A DNA stretch of 64,000 bases from Marsupella aquatica (taxonomy: Eukaryota > Plantae > Marchantiophyta), in NCBI GenBank assembly GCA_973895155.1, contig OZ316894.1:25170709-25234708 (forward strand). Reading direction: 5' to 3'. Position numbers and translations under genes: made by a program. Below the pieces are notes generated by a model. It did no database searches and had not been told where the DNA came from. It saw nothing but the letters and a program-made list of their open reading frames with translations. The stretch's first letter is position 1; each line of letters starts with the position of its first letter. Below are positions 1-11,055 of the stretch, piece after piece.

Positions 1-659
1 AGGTTGAAGTCTGTTCTAATACCTCCTAAGATTGAAGCAGAAGGGTAGCTCTTGATTAGGAAGCCTAGTCAAAGTATCCTTGAAGTAGAAGTGTCATGTT
101 GAAGATCGTCCAGAGCGAAGAAAAAGAAAATGCATACGAGGATAGGTATTACTTCACGTGAGGCATACCAGCTCATCTAGGAGATTGTTTACTGTTTCGA
201 CGTTGACTCTCCTAAGTTGGTCTAGTTTGAGGCCTTTGATGTATCACAGAAGAGAACAAAGAACTTTCTTAACAGCGTTATCGTCGTCGAACTGTGTGCG
301 ACTTGCGTTTTCTTTCGGGTTTTTTTTGGGTACGTTTACGTGTGTTTCTGGGAAGCATGCAAATTAGTTAACAGGCTCACGTAAATTATAGATGCACTTG
401 AGCGATACTACTTAAACTGTATAGCTAAAATGTCAATGTACCCTCTTCAATCCACATTAATTTGTTGCACTAAAGCTCTCAGTGATATTGTAAGTTGATT
501 TTTGATGAACATGGACATGGATGAGATCACGGTAACAAGGAAATTTGAGGAGCAACTTCACGCTGAGCACTTGCTCGATTGCCCTGGACCTCAAACAGCT
601 CGATTTTACTTTGTAAGATAAAGAGTGATGTTACCTATTTGAGTCACAGGACATTAGCC

Positions 660-836
660 GTGTGTTGTCACAGTGCGAGATTCTATGATCAGTAAGGATT
701 TGAAGCGTAAAGGAACAAACTGAGGTGGTGGATATATGTCCTGTGTGCTGTCACAGTGCGAGATTCTATGATCAGTAAGACGATTCTATGATCAGTAAGG
801 ACTTGAAGCGTAAAGGAACAAACTCAGGTGGTGGAG
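660..836. repeat. Local direct duplication (~75-90 bp, 2 copies)
   Basis: gtgtgytgtcacagtgcgagattctatgatcagtaaggayttgaagcgtaaaggaacaaactsaggtggtgga occurs at ~660-732 and ~743-836; the second copy has gattctatgatcagtaag duplicated internally. Confidence 0.85.
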
Positions 837-2949
837 GCCCGAGTAATGTCAGAATCACAATTATGAATTTGTTGATAGTATCATTTTTGAAGTTCCTACA
901 TATACGTGGGCCTTCCCCATTTGAACTTGTTCTAGCCGCTACAGAAATGCCAACAAAATGCCCATCCTAGTCAACTACAAGAGCCACCAAAGATTCAACT
1001 TCTTTCGAGTGATACAAGCAAATTTTGGAGGCTCGACTTGGACCTGCGCGCCCTCTTGATTTAGTACGCCAATGGCCGAGCTTAGAGTCTTCAGTTCTTT
1101 GAAGAGGGAAGTATATCATATACAGCTCGGTTCTCGAAAGGCGGGTTCAATCTAGTGATTTCCTTCATGGGTACGTCGCGGTCATGCATTTCTCATGAGC
1201 TAACAAATAATAGAACTTTGTCAGGTCTATAATTCGATTATACTTGTGTGTTTCATATCGTGAGACAGTACGTATTTCGGTGTTCTTCATTGCAAAGTAA
1301 TAGCCGTATTTGCTGGCAGACATATAGTTATGTTGGTTTCGTTGTCGAACTGTGCAAACCACGATATGATAATGAACTACAATCCCCAGCTTGACTACAT
1401 TCCTTCTAATTCCTTTCGCGAGTGAAGCTAGATCTGTTGATTTTGTGAGAGACCTGCACAGACCGTTCAGATGTTGAAGGGAACTTCGGGCCTGTGCGAC
1501 AGATTCGCTACTTAGTGGAGAAAAGGTATTAAGCTCCAAACTCCAACGTGCGGGAAAGGAAGTCACGGTAGAATCCTTGCAGCTCTTCATGTTCCGATTT
1601 CTGCTTCCTTTGTGCGGTTATCTCGACTAGTATCTGAAATTGCATCGTGTCTCAATTGCTATTCTCATGACTCACCCCGGTCATGTTTCATTCACTCTTG
1701 GTAGTTTTTAACTATTGTTATCAGAATCGATCTTCTGTCACTCTTTAGTTTTAATGGTAGTCTTTCGAGACGTCGATCTCGTGTAGTTGTGTTGTCAATC
1801 TTGTCAATCGACTTACTTGCATCATCTTTGTTGTCGGACCAAAGCTTTGGAGTCGAGTTCGCGTGATGGTACTCGTAATTCGTGTATTATTCCACTTTCA
1901 CTTCGTCGCTAAAGGTTATAAAGAACTCGCTTACTATCAGACTGTCATGAAGTACTGACAGATGTTTTGGTGTATTTGCGGCGAAGCTGCTATTCTCTCC
2001 AGCTGCAGCTCAACGGGACACCGGAGGCTCCCGATTCCCCCGCGTTTGCGCAAGTCGGAGAAAAGTTGATCAGGAACGAGGATGGATCATGCATGGGACC
2101 GGGCATGGGACTGTACATTTATGTTGGATTGGCTAGAGAGGGAGTGACAGATGTAGGAAAAAGTGATCTCTTACGAGTATATTGTTCAACCTTCTGATTA
2201 TGAAAGAAGCGAATGCGGCAATTTGCCGAGCTTATTCGATGACTGTACCTGTGTTCGACCTTGTTCCTGACTTCAAATGTATGGAATCCCAGTGCAAATT
2301 AAGCAGAACTCTCGATCTCCTTTGTAATCTAACGACTTGCGGACATAAAAGTGGTCATGACCTCCCTTGTTTCGAAAGCGTTCGGCATTTTCAATTGGTG
2401 CTGTCAACGCTACTGATCGCCTCCTTTTGTGGACATCTGACTCGGTGGGTGAAGGTCGGGGGCAGCATGAGGTCTGTGAAGATTCACAAAGTGGATTCTC
2501 CTCATTTCGTGGTGGAGAGCTGACTCGTCGGGTCAAGTTACGACAAAGCTTCACATCATTTTTGAACGTTTAGCTCGTGGCAAAAATGTTTGCACAAAAA
2601 TATTTGTGCATAATGGGCACAAAATACTTTCAGTTATTAGAGTAGTTACGGGTCTAGTTAGGGACTCTTGTTCATTGCACCAGATTCTTTTGTATACACT
2701 TTTGGAGTGCATTATGTGATATAATAATAACTCAGGTCTAGTTTTGAGGGGCTCTTATTGCCCATAATGCTCCAAAACGAGTAGCTTAGTACACTTAAAC
2801 CCCGAGAGATTTGTCTTTGTTCTAGTTTTTATAAATGGTGAGCGGAATCTTCCTAAAAAAGAGATAATCTTGATCAGGGCATTACGAAATATAATGCCCC
2901 CTTTGGGGTTTCACTTCCACAAAAATGACATATCAGGTGTAACGAAAGA

Positions 2950-5900
2950 TAAGGTTCTAAGAGAAAATTTAAGAATTTTTGCAGAAAAACAATAGAGTAT
3001 TTTAAATTCAATTTTGAGACTTATAAGAATATTATGATCAATTCTATAAGGGTTAAAAAATAAATATTTTTCTTGCATTTTAGGGGGTCCGAGGCCTAAA
3101 AATGTAGCAGGTGATGGGGAGGTCCCCATATAGTGAGACCCCCGATTAATGCCCTTTAATATACAAACCAAAACATTGCAAAGGGCATGAGGTACGCCGG
3201 CTGCTAGTCTACCTAACATTCACTTCTAGGAGTCACTGGATTAGCATTGACCTGAACTCCTACAGCCAGTTCCCTCTCCTGGAATATTTGAAAAAAATAA
3301 TTTAAGTGCCACTAGCTGCAGCACTCTTTGGGAGTATGTGTGTTAACTAAAAAAAGAATCCTAGTGTCACCATAGAGGTTTGAATTCTACTTTTGGGGAG
3401 ATGTATGTTAAAAGAGAAAACTATATGGGCGAGGTTTGAAATTAACCCGGAACCTCTCCCACCCCACTATGATGCTGTAACACCAAGCAGCCCATAGGGT
3501 GCTAGACAGTGACACTGGCACTTTCTACGCATTTAGATTCATTCTTCGGGCAGCAAACCTGCACTGGCCGGCTATCGGCAGCCACTTCTTACACAACGGA
3601 CAACATTTATCATTGCTATTCCTGTGACTTATAGCAGGAAATTATCTAACTCTTATATGCGCTGTGGTGCCTATCTCACTAATTAGTGCCCCAGATTCTA
3701 TTGTGTGATCTCACCCCGGATCTCACTCTTGTATGCCCTTGGTGGTCTATCTCACTAGTCAATGCCCCCAATTCTATTGTATAATTTCACTGGTGTATGC
3801 TATCTCACTAGCTAATGCCCCAGATTCTGTTGTATGATCTCAGGTGATCTATCATCACATAGAAATCATTGCCAGAGAACAAAAGCTCTAGGAGATAGGA
3901 TTCCAAAGGCAAAAACACCCAATAAAGGCCAGGGGGAAAACACAGGAAAAACCTGGAAATCTAGGAAGCCCAAGAGCCACAAGCCCTAGAATCACGGCAA
4001 GAACTAAATTCTTAGAGAGCCACAAAACTGAAAAGCCTGGTGGATACAGCATCAGATTCTATTGTATGATCTCAGGTGGTCTATCATAATTATATATAAA
4101 ACTCATTGTCACATTATAACAACAAGCCATTCACCTGGAGACAGGATCTCAAACACAAACAACCCAATAAAGGGGGGAAAACAAAGGGGGAACCCTGGAA
4201 AGCCCAAGAGCCACACGCCCAGAAGGGAAACCCAAGTAAAGTCCTAGTGAACCATATTCAAACTGAAAAGCCTATTGTATGATCTCACTCTTCTATGCTA
4301 TCTGAGTAGTTGATGCCCAAGATTCTATTGTATGATCTCACTCTTGTATGCGCCAGGTTAGTCCATCTCACTAGAGTAGTTAATGCCCCAGATTCCATTG
4401 TACAACCCCACCAATGTGTTTTGGTAATTGCAGTTCAAAAACCGACAGCAAAATACATAGAAGAAATAGCACTCAGTGATTTAATATAATAATTGAGTTT
4501 ATCACGGTACAGAAGATCCCTCTCACCTGTGTTTATAGTGGTATGGAAAATCACTCTCACCTTTGACCACATGCCATGTGACACACTACAACGATGGGCA
4601 ATTACCGGGACGCTGGCATGGTCTATCTCTCTGGTTATTGCACCAGATTCTCTGTTTTTGGGGGCAGTAAATGTAATCAGTTTTATTTGCAAATCATCAA
4701 AAGTACAGTGGCGGCATAGCTCAGGAATGTAATAATAAGTAAAATTAAAGAAGGGAATATAAGGGGTGGGGGGAACATTCTGTATGTGTCACGAACACAA
4801 AGTTGTCAGTGCTAACTATTTAATCAATCCAAAAATTAAATATAAAATGAGAGTTTTCCCTACATGCCAGATAGTGACAAGAATTAAGATTCCCCTCATT
4901 TTTTAAATTTCTTTTAATAATTCCCATGGATACATGATTTATTCTAGACAAGTCATGTCTATGATGCCTTAAGTCCACCGCGTAGAGGTTAAGTCCCTGG
5001 TACTATATCATATACTAATCCATTAGGGAGTGAGTGGTGGACCTACATAGCCACCCAGTGCCCTTGCTAAACTCAGTACTCTTGCTTAAGTACCCTTGGT
5101 CTCCGAATGCCTCGGTCCATGGAACTCCATGATTGAGCAAACTACTTGGTGTCTTTATCACCACCAGTAGCAATTCCCATACAAAGGCGCTGTCGCCCCT
5201 TACACGACTGTGGCTCAATGGCCTCTACTGTCTGCCCAAGCAAACAACTCCATCGGTAAGTAAGTGCCTTGATCTCAGATCCCAAGACCATTGTTTTGTC
5301 TCAAGCTTAACAATCATTAGTAATGAGGTGACCAACGGATAGAGCCTCCCAGGCCCGCGTGGCCTTGCCATAAGCTGAAGCTAAGGTTGACATCATTGTT
5401 TGTCCAGAACATTCCCTCTATATATCGGGTGTTGTCAGAGCTTCCCACTTTCTATCCGTCATCGGCTGAACACCCTGCCTCCAATACATGCCCTGGCCCA
5501 AATAGCTAGCTTGTCCAAAAAATTATCTCAAGTTTGTCCCAAATGTTGGGACCAGTTCAGTCCCAACTCTAGCAACCATTTTAATAGGTTATTATATCCA
5601 TAGGTTTTTGAGCAAAAGACTTTGAAATTACAAAAATGACGGCTCTAGCTGAACCGAGAGTCCTAGGGCAAGATGCACTTGGACTTCAACACTCATGCCT
5701 ACTTTGCGTTCCCTCCCCAATGAAAGCTCCAGTGGGAACTAAACACGACTTGGCTGCTATTTTGGCAAGCAAGCAACATCTCTAGGCCCTCAATCCAAGG
5801 TGTATCTCATATCACGTGCAAAGTTTTGGGGGAATAAACACCCTCAAATTTAAGATTTTAAAGTTTTTTTTAAGAAATTATGTAACCCCTAAATGGAATA

Positions 5901-6045
5901 TTCTTGGAATATTCCTATTTTGGTTTAAAAAAAACCTATGATTCTCTCGATGATTCTTATAATTCTCAAAATTGGATTAAAACAACTTACCCTAATGTTA
6001 TTCAACAAAAATTAAAAAGTCTTTCACTAATAAAAAACCCTATAC
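2950..6045. repeat. Pair of degenerate inverted repeats (~2950-3090 and ~5885-6045) bracketing a repeat-rich block
   Basis: 3000-3030 ttttaaattcaattttgagacttataagaat resembles the reverse complement of 5953-5982 (ttttaatccaattttgagaattataagaat); cattttagggggt (~3077) matches the reverse complement of acccctaaatg (~5885). No TSD identified. Confidence 0.5.
3640..4410. repeat. Degenerate tandem array with core cagattctattgtatgatctca (about 7 copies), interrupted by two copies of a ~150 bp dispersed element
   Basis: Core seen near 3692, 3768, 3821, 4054, 4273, 4320 and 4389, usually after aatgcccc. Inserts at ~3885-4040 and ~4130-4272 share cccaataaagg...ctggaaa...gcccaagagccac...aactgaaaagcct. 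Confidence 0.75.
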
Positions 6046-7338
6046 TTATTCGCAAGTGACGAGTCGGAAGAAAAGAAATGAGGACCCCGGGGGCAAGATA
6101 GCCCTTGTAAACTGTGAGGACCAAAGGCACGTACCCCCAGACCTAGCTAAGATCAGGATGATATATAGTACTCCAAGTTGAGAGCTTTCCAATGTACCCA
6201 AGAAATCTTCCAATAGACTTCCAATATATTGAAGATATATTGTCATTTCTGTTTGACGTTTCTCCTTAGTAATGTGACCATCGCGCTTCACGACTTGGGC
6301 TCGCCCCTAGTCCATTGGGAGACACCACTCCCCTCATATATGCTTATGGAGACCTGACACCCCTGGACAAACTTTGGTCCCCTATTTTTGGCCCTCTACC
6401 TAGACTCAAATCTGATCAACTGAACTTGAAACTAACTTGCTATGCTCATTTCTTTCTAAGTAGACGCAATGCTCATGTCTGGGCCCTCAAAACTCATTGT
6501 CAATTAGAGGACCTAGATGGCTACACCCAAGCCATGTTGTATCTTGTGAGCCAACCGTCCGTTCCGCCCGGGGTTCCGCCTGAACTAAAATTCTTTGGCC
6601 TTAGGCTCAAGAGGAGCTCTCACTCAAGCCCTCAAAACTCAGAGTCAAGTCCTGCAAATTAAATGAGCTTGGCCCTTCCCATGACCCGATCAGCTCCCAA
6701 CATGCACCCTTGCCCTTGCCAACGCCAGTCTAAGTTCCTTTTGTACGCCACTAGAGCTCAACACATCATCTTTTCTAATGCAACGCTTCCTTGCCCACAA
6801 GTCTCCCTATACTTAGTTCCTACCGGTGGCCTCCCTACGGCCTGTACCCTAGAGGAGCTTGATGTCGGAGTCAACGATGTTGGAGCTAAGTGGTAGAGTA
6901 GTTGAGTTTTGCAAATGAGAATCAAATTTTGTCCCACTTTTAACAATGGACAAGCTTATTTGGGTAGAGAATATTAGCATTAGAATCTTGCGCATGCTGT
7001 GTCTTGTAGCTACACTAGGTTAGATGGAGAGAGCTGCCAGACTGGCCCATGGCTATGACCATGAAAGCCTTAGCAAGTGACTGACACTGTCTAGAGGATT
7101 TAAACTTCAACCACCTATGACTTGATAATTTTCTTAAAGCGACCTGAATTACACCTTTCCAAGCCTAATGGACACACACGTGCCCTGAATCTAGGATAGT
7201 CACAGTTCCAATGAAATATAGCAAGCTCCATTCTAGTCCACATCTTCCTTTGAATGGTAGCTGGGTTCCATGTTGGGGGGTGACAATACTAATATTGCTA
7301 TCACCCACTGATGGTTGTCCATCCCATACATGCCAGAC

Positions 7339-7603
7339 AGTTGTATGCGGATTATTGTCCGCAAAGTCGTTTCAAGGATCGTTGGATGATGTCTTTTTGA
7401 GGGATAACTTCATTCCATATTTACAAAAGCTATCGGATTCAGGGCTTTGTCTTGCGTTTGCTAACAAGTTCGATTATCCCATCTGGTCGATTTAAAATCT
7501 ATATCAAGATTGGGCTCTGAACGAGGATATATGGGAGCATCTGTACGTGCAAAGACATGCGGATCAAGTTCTTATCAAGCACTTCAACAAACATCCCTTA
7601 TGA
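7339..7603 (+). pseudogene. Decayed C-terminal fragment of an FCP1/NIF-like HAD domain, tandem paralog of the downstream ORF
   Basis: Translates VVCGLLSAKSFQGSLDDVFLRDNFIPYLQKLSDS...DYPIWSI*NLYQDW...IWEHLYVQRHADQVLIKHFNKHPL*, colinear with the C-terminus of 7751-8398 (GSVNDSFLINLLIPYLSKL...DYPDWSV...IWEDPMIQRHRDRYLVEQFNKRPV*). Internal TAA at 7493-7495. Confidence 0.75.
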
Positions 7604-7708
7604 ATGGCCAGAGTGTAGAGGATGTGTTGTCTATCTGTAATATGTGATGCGACCATTTGTGTGACTACATTCATACGGGCTCATGCATCTTCTTGTGTTT
7701 CTCTATAG

Positions 7709-8398
7709 GAGATTCATTGCAACAGAGAAAATGGGCTCATAATTTTAGACGTGGAGCATCTACTCTGTTACACTACACCGCATTCCCGACTAATGTTGGT
7801 CTCAATTGGAATTTGGATTGGGAATATATACGTTTTTCCAAGGCCTTATCTTCACAAATTCGTGAGATTTTGTTTTGAGAATTTTGATGTAGGGATCTGG
7901 TCCTCTCTTGGGAAGAACCTTTTAGATCAGATTTTAGCATCTATTTTTACTGCAATGGAAATGGCCTCATTTAAGTATATTTGGGATCAGTCTCATTGTT
8001 ACTTATGCGATGGGGCAACTTCAAATAAATGGATATTTTTGAAGTGTTTTGATAAGGTTGAAATTTATACAAAGGCGTATCTGCAGCAAAATATAATGCT
8101 TATCGGATCCGATGCATTTCATGCTTGTTTAGATCATGTTTTTGGATCATTATCACCACCCAAATATTTTGGGTCGGTCAACGATAGTTTCCTGATTAAC
8201 TTGCTGATTCCGTATCTTAGCAAACTAGCAAAATCTTGTGATCCGCTTGTCATTGCCAATGGAAGAGATTATCCTGATTGGTCAGTTAAATATCTTTTTA
8301 GAGATTATGATTATAATCATACTATATGGGAAGACCCTATGATTCAGAGGCATAGAGATAGATATCTAGTAGAGCAATTTAACAAACGCCCAGTTTAG
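7709..8398 (+). CDS. FCP1/NIF (NLI-interacting factor)-like HAD-superfamily domain protein; 5' end unresolved, possibly non-catalytic or a pseudogene
   Basis: RPYLHKFVRFCFENFDVGIWSS and WDQSHC motifs typical of plant FCP1-homology proteins. The frame extends upstream to LIILDVEHLLC (degenerate DxDxT position) after a ctatag acceptor. No ATG before the domain start. Confidence 0.7.
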   Translation, partial: EIHCNRENGLIILDVEHLLCYTTPHSRLMLVSIGIWIGNIYVFPRPYLHKFVRFCFENFDVGIWSSLGKNLLDQILASIFTAMEMASFKYIWDQSHCYLCDGATSNKWIFLKCFDKVEIYTKAYLQQNIMLIGSDAFHACLDHVFGSLSPPKYFGSVNDSFLINLLIPYLSKLAKSCDPLVIANGRDYPDWSVKYLFRDYDYNHTIWEDPMIQRHRDRYLVEQFNKRPV

Positions 8399-10180
8399 GA
8401 CGCTTCCAAAATAATAGTTGGCAAGAGATCAGATTAATTTTTATTGTCGTTCTAGAAACAATTTTGTAATCTCCCTATATACTGGTCATCATATATAAAA
8501 GATCTCAGAGATTTATTTCTCTATTGTTATTATTCGGGTGAGCATGTCTGTTGGTCCTGTCAAGTTGGAGTGCGTCAAAAATCTTAGTGTGGTTAAAATG
8601 TGACGTTGCAGTCATTTTCAGGGTATCACGTGCAGCGACGCGTCATGTCGCCCCCTTTTCATATTAAAATAATAATATTTAGTTATTTTCAGAATTTCCA
8701 AAGTTTGGTTTTCCTTAAATTGGGGTTAAAAGGGTTTTCACCTTTTTGGGTCAAGTTTTTGGCACTTTGCACCCTGGGCATATATGATATGGAAATCAAT
8801 ATATATATAATTTTGATTTCTCCAAAATGGCAAATCACTTGGCATGGAAATCAAGCTTGATTATCAACAAATTTTACAATGACTTCTTTGAAGATCTGTC
8901 ACCTCTACAAAGCTTTCCATGTATGGTTTTAAATGCCTTGTGGTTGGTTCTTTGGATATGATTGTACTCTAGCTTTCATTTTCTTGAGCCCTTTTCACAA
9001 TTTCTGAAAAATTCCCTATCCTTCCACGAAAACTAGGAATTTCTTAGAACAAATTAACAAACATCCAATGTTTGATTTCATAGAGAAAGCTATTATTCCA
9101 TGACAATATTGATCTCAAAAAAATCACAAAACTTATAATGGTCATTTGCCAGCCTGATCAACATGGAAGGCTTTCTAAGATAAAGTACAATAAAAAAATT
9201 AGGACTAGGATAGGTAAATAATTAGAATCAGATGTCTAAATGAGGCATTTATATTTTGCACACTCCATGGTTGTCACTAGTCCAAATAAACAAGCAATAT
9301 CAATTCTGCACAAAGTAATATGATGATTGAATGAGTACTCAGGATAGAAAAACAAGTTAGATTTTGTCTCTAGACTAAATTGAAGTTGGACACAACGGGA
9401 TAAAACCCCTGACCACTAGATTGCCACTAAATCCGAGACTAAACTCTATGGTCAATTCACAACAACATTTGAAGCAGACTGTTATATTCACATGCAGTCC
9501 ATTAGTGACATTGAATTTCAAAATTATACCTAACACTCAAAACTTTCCTTATGCCTTTCTGAGACTTAGTTCGAGGCTCATCAAGTTTGGCATATCCGCA
9601 ATTTATCAATACTGACATTCTTCACCAAGATATCTTGGAACAATAATGCCAATCTTGGCACATAGAAGTATATATACATCTTTGTAGCTCAGGCAAGCAA
9701 TGGAAGTCCAATCCCTGTCTAGATGGTCTCCTTTGTGCGCACCTTTTCATCTCTCTAGCTCGTGTCCTTTGACTACCTATCACCAAGGCCTACACTACAT
9801 TTATTGTGACCTTTCAACACTGTAAACTGCCCAGAAAAATCATAAGACGATCAATTTAATCTGACCTATGTGTCAATGCAAGCACCAAATTAACTTAAAA
9901 TCTAATTGTCTTCCTGTTCATTCAGAGGCTCATGTTATGCCATGTCTTTTGGTTTGCATGCACATGCTCGCTATGTCATTGGAGCTGTTCTTGTACGAAT
10001 CGTCTAGCTTGATTGGGAGAGATATTTAAATCAAATTAACTTCAGTTGATCGAAGCTCAAAGATTGTAGCCTTGATCCTAGATACCCTTAGTCTGATCAG
10101 GTTCTAAGACAACTCAAATTAGTATTGAGATCAGTTAATATAAGCAAACAAAACTTAGAAGTCCAACAAAGGAGGACAAC

Positions 10181-10798
10181 ATGCCTAAGGATGTAAACTA
10201 TCCTTGCATTCCTGATGTTTCAAAAGGGGAAATCCTCTATGATTGGAGTGAAAACCACATTCATGAGTACAGGCATTTTGGCACTCCATGGATAATTCGA
10301 ATTCAACGTGTCAAGGATAATGCTGCCATTGCTTTTATTCACTTTCGAGACTTGTTCTCTGATGTGGAAATTCCCATCCCACCTAATGTACGCTTGAGAG
10401 ATGACTGTGCAGAAAGAGATGTGCCCCCATACCCCAACAATAAGAATTATTTTCTCATTACGCCATTCACAAACTATTGCCTATTGATTCATGTCTCCAA
10501 GGTTGCCTTGAGAGTACTGAAGCAATCTCCACCATACTTCTCAATTATCAGTCCAGGTCCAAATGTGAGCTTCACATTTATTCGACAAACAAAGCCTCAG
10601 GAAATGTCACATGCCCAGAGGGGAGCAAGCACATCTATGACTCCTGAAGAAGAAGAGGCAGAAAATGCAAGGAAGCTTGCATTGCTCATGGCAGAACCTA
10701 ATTGGGATACTTTAGAAGAGACATTCCCTGCCAAGCCTGCTCCCCCAACTATTCGCCAACACCCTGACAAAAAGCAAGAAAGTGTATTTAGTGTTTGA
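10181..10798 (+). CDS. Intronless orphan ORF, 205 aa, unknown function
   Basis: True ATG start; the only long ORF in a stop-rich region. Globular-looking N-terminal ~135 aa and a low-complexity acidic/Pro tail. AT-rich TATA-like element about 40 bp upstream. Confidence 0.6.
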   Translation: MPKDVNYPCIPDVSKGEILYDWSENHIHEYRHFGTPWIIRIQRVKDNAAIAFIHFRDLFSDVEIPIPPNVRLRDDCAERDVPPYPNNKNYFLITPFTNYCLLIHVSKVALRVLKQSPPYFSIISPGPNVSFTFIRQTKPQEMSHAQRGASTSMTPEEEEAENARKLALLMAEPNWDTLEETFPAKPAPPTIRQHPDKKQESVFSV

Positions 10799-10950
10799 TT
10801 TCTTTCCTCCCCTTTGTGTTTCTCCTAGTTAACGAGGTTGCCATATATTGTCTTCAATGGAACCATCCCCAAGAGCTTATAATTGTTGTTCCACAATCCA
10901 ATAACATCGTGCAACTACCGGTGAAACATTTGGGAGCCCTCAAAACTTGT

Positions 10951-11055
10951 GCATTCACTAGTCAAACATTGACATTGTTTGACTAGTGAATTCAACAGCT
11001 TGTTTGAATGCATTGACATGTTTTGAACAGCATTCACTAGTCAAACATGTCAATG
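10951..11055. repeat. Compact multi-arm inverted repeat (fold-back)
   Basis: attcactagtcaaaca (10953-10968) pairs perfectly with tgtttgactagtgaat (10976-10991). A third arm, cattcactagtcaaacatgtcaatg (11031-11055), can pair with 10967-10991. Confidence 0.85.

Noticed and set aside
3640-4410. CRISPR-like appearance of recurring ~22 bp repeats
   Set aside because: Spacing is irregular, intervening sequences are related to each other, there are no cas genes and the context is eukaryotic.
5000-7200. Possible transposase or other coding fragments
   Set aside because: Short stop-interrupted frames with no motif I could assign.
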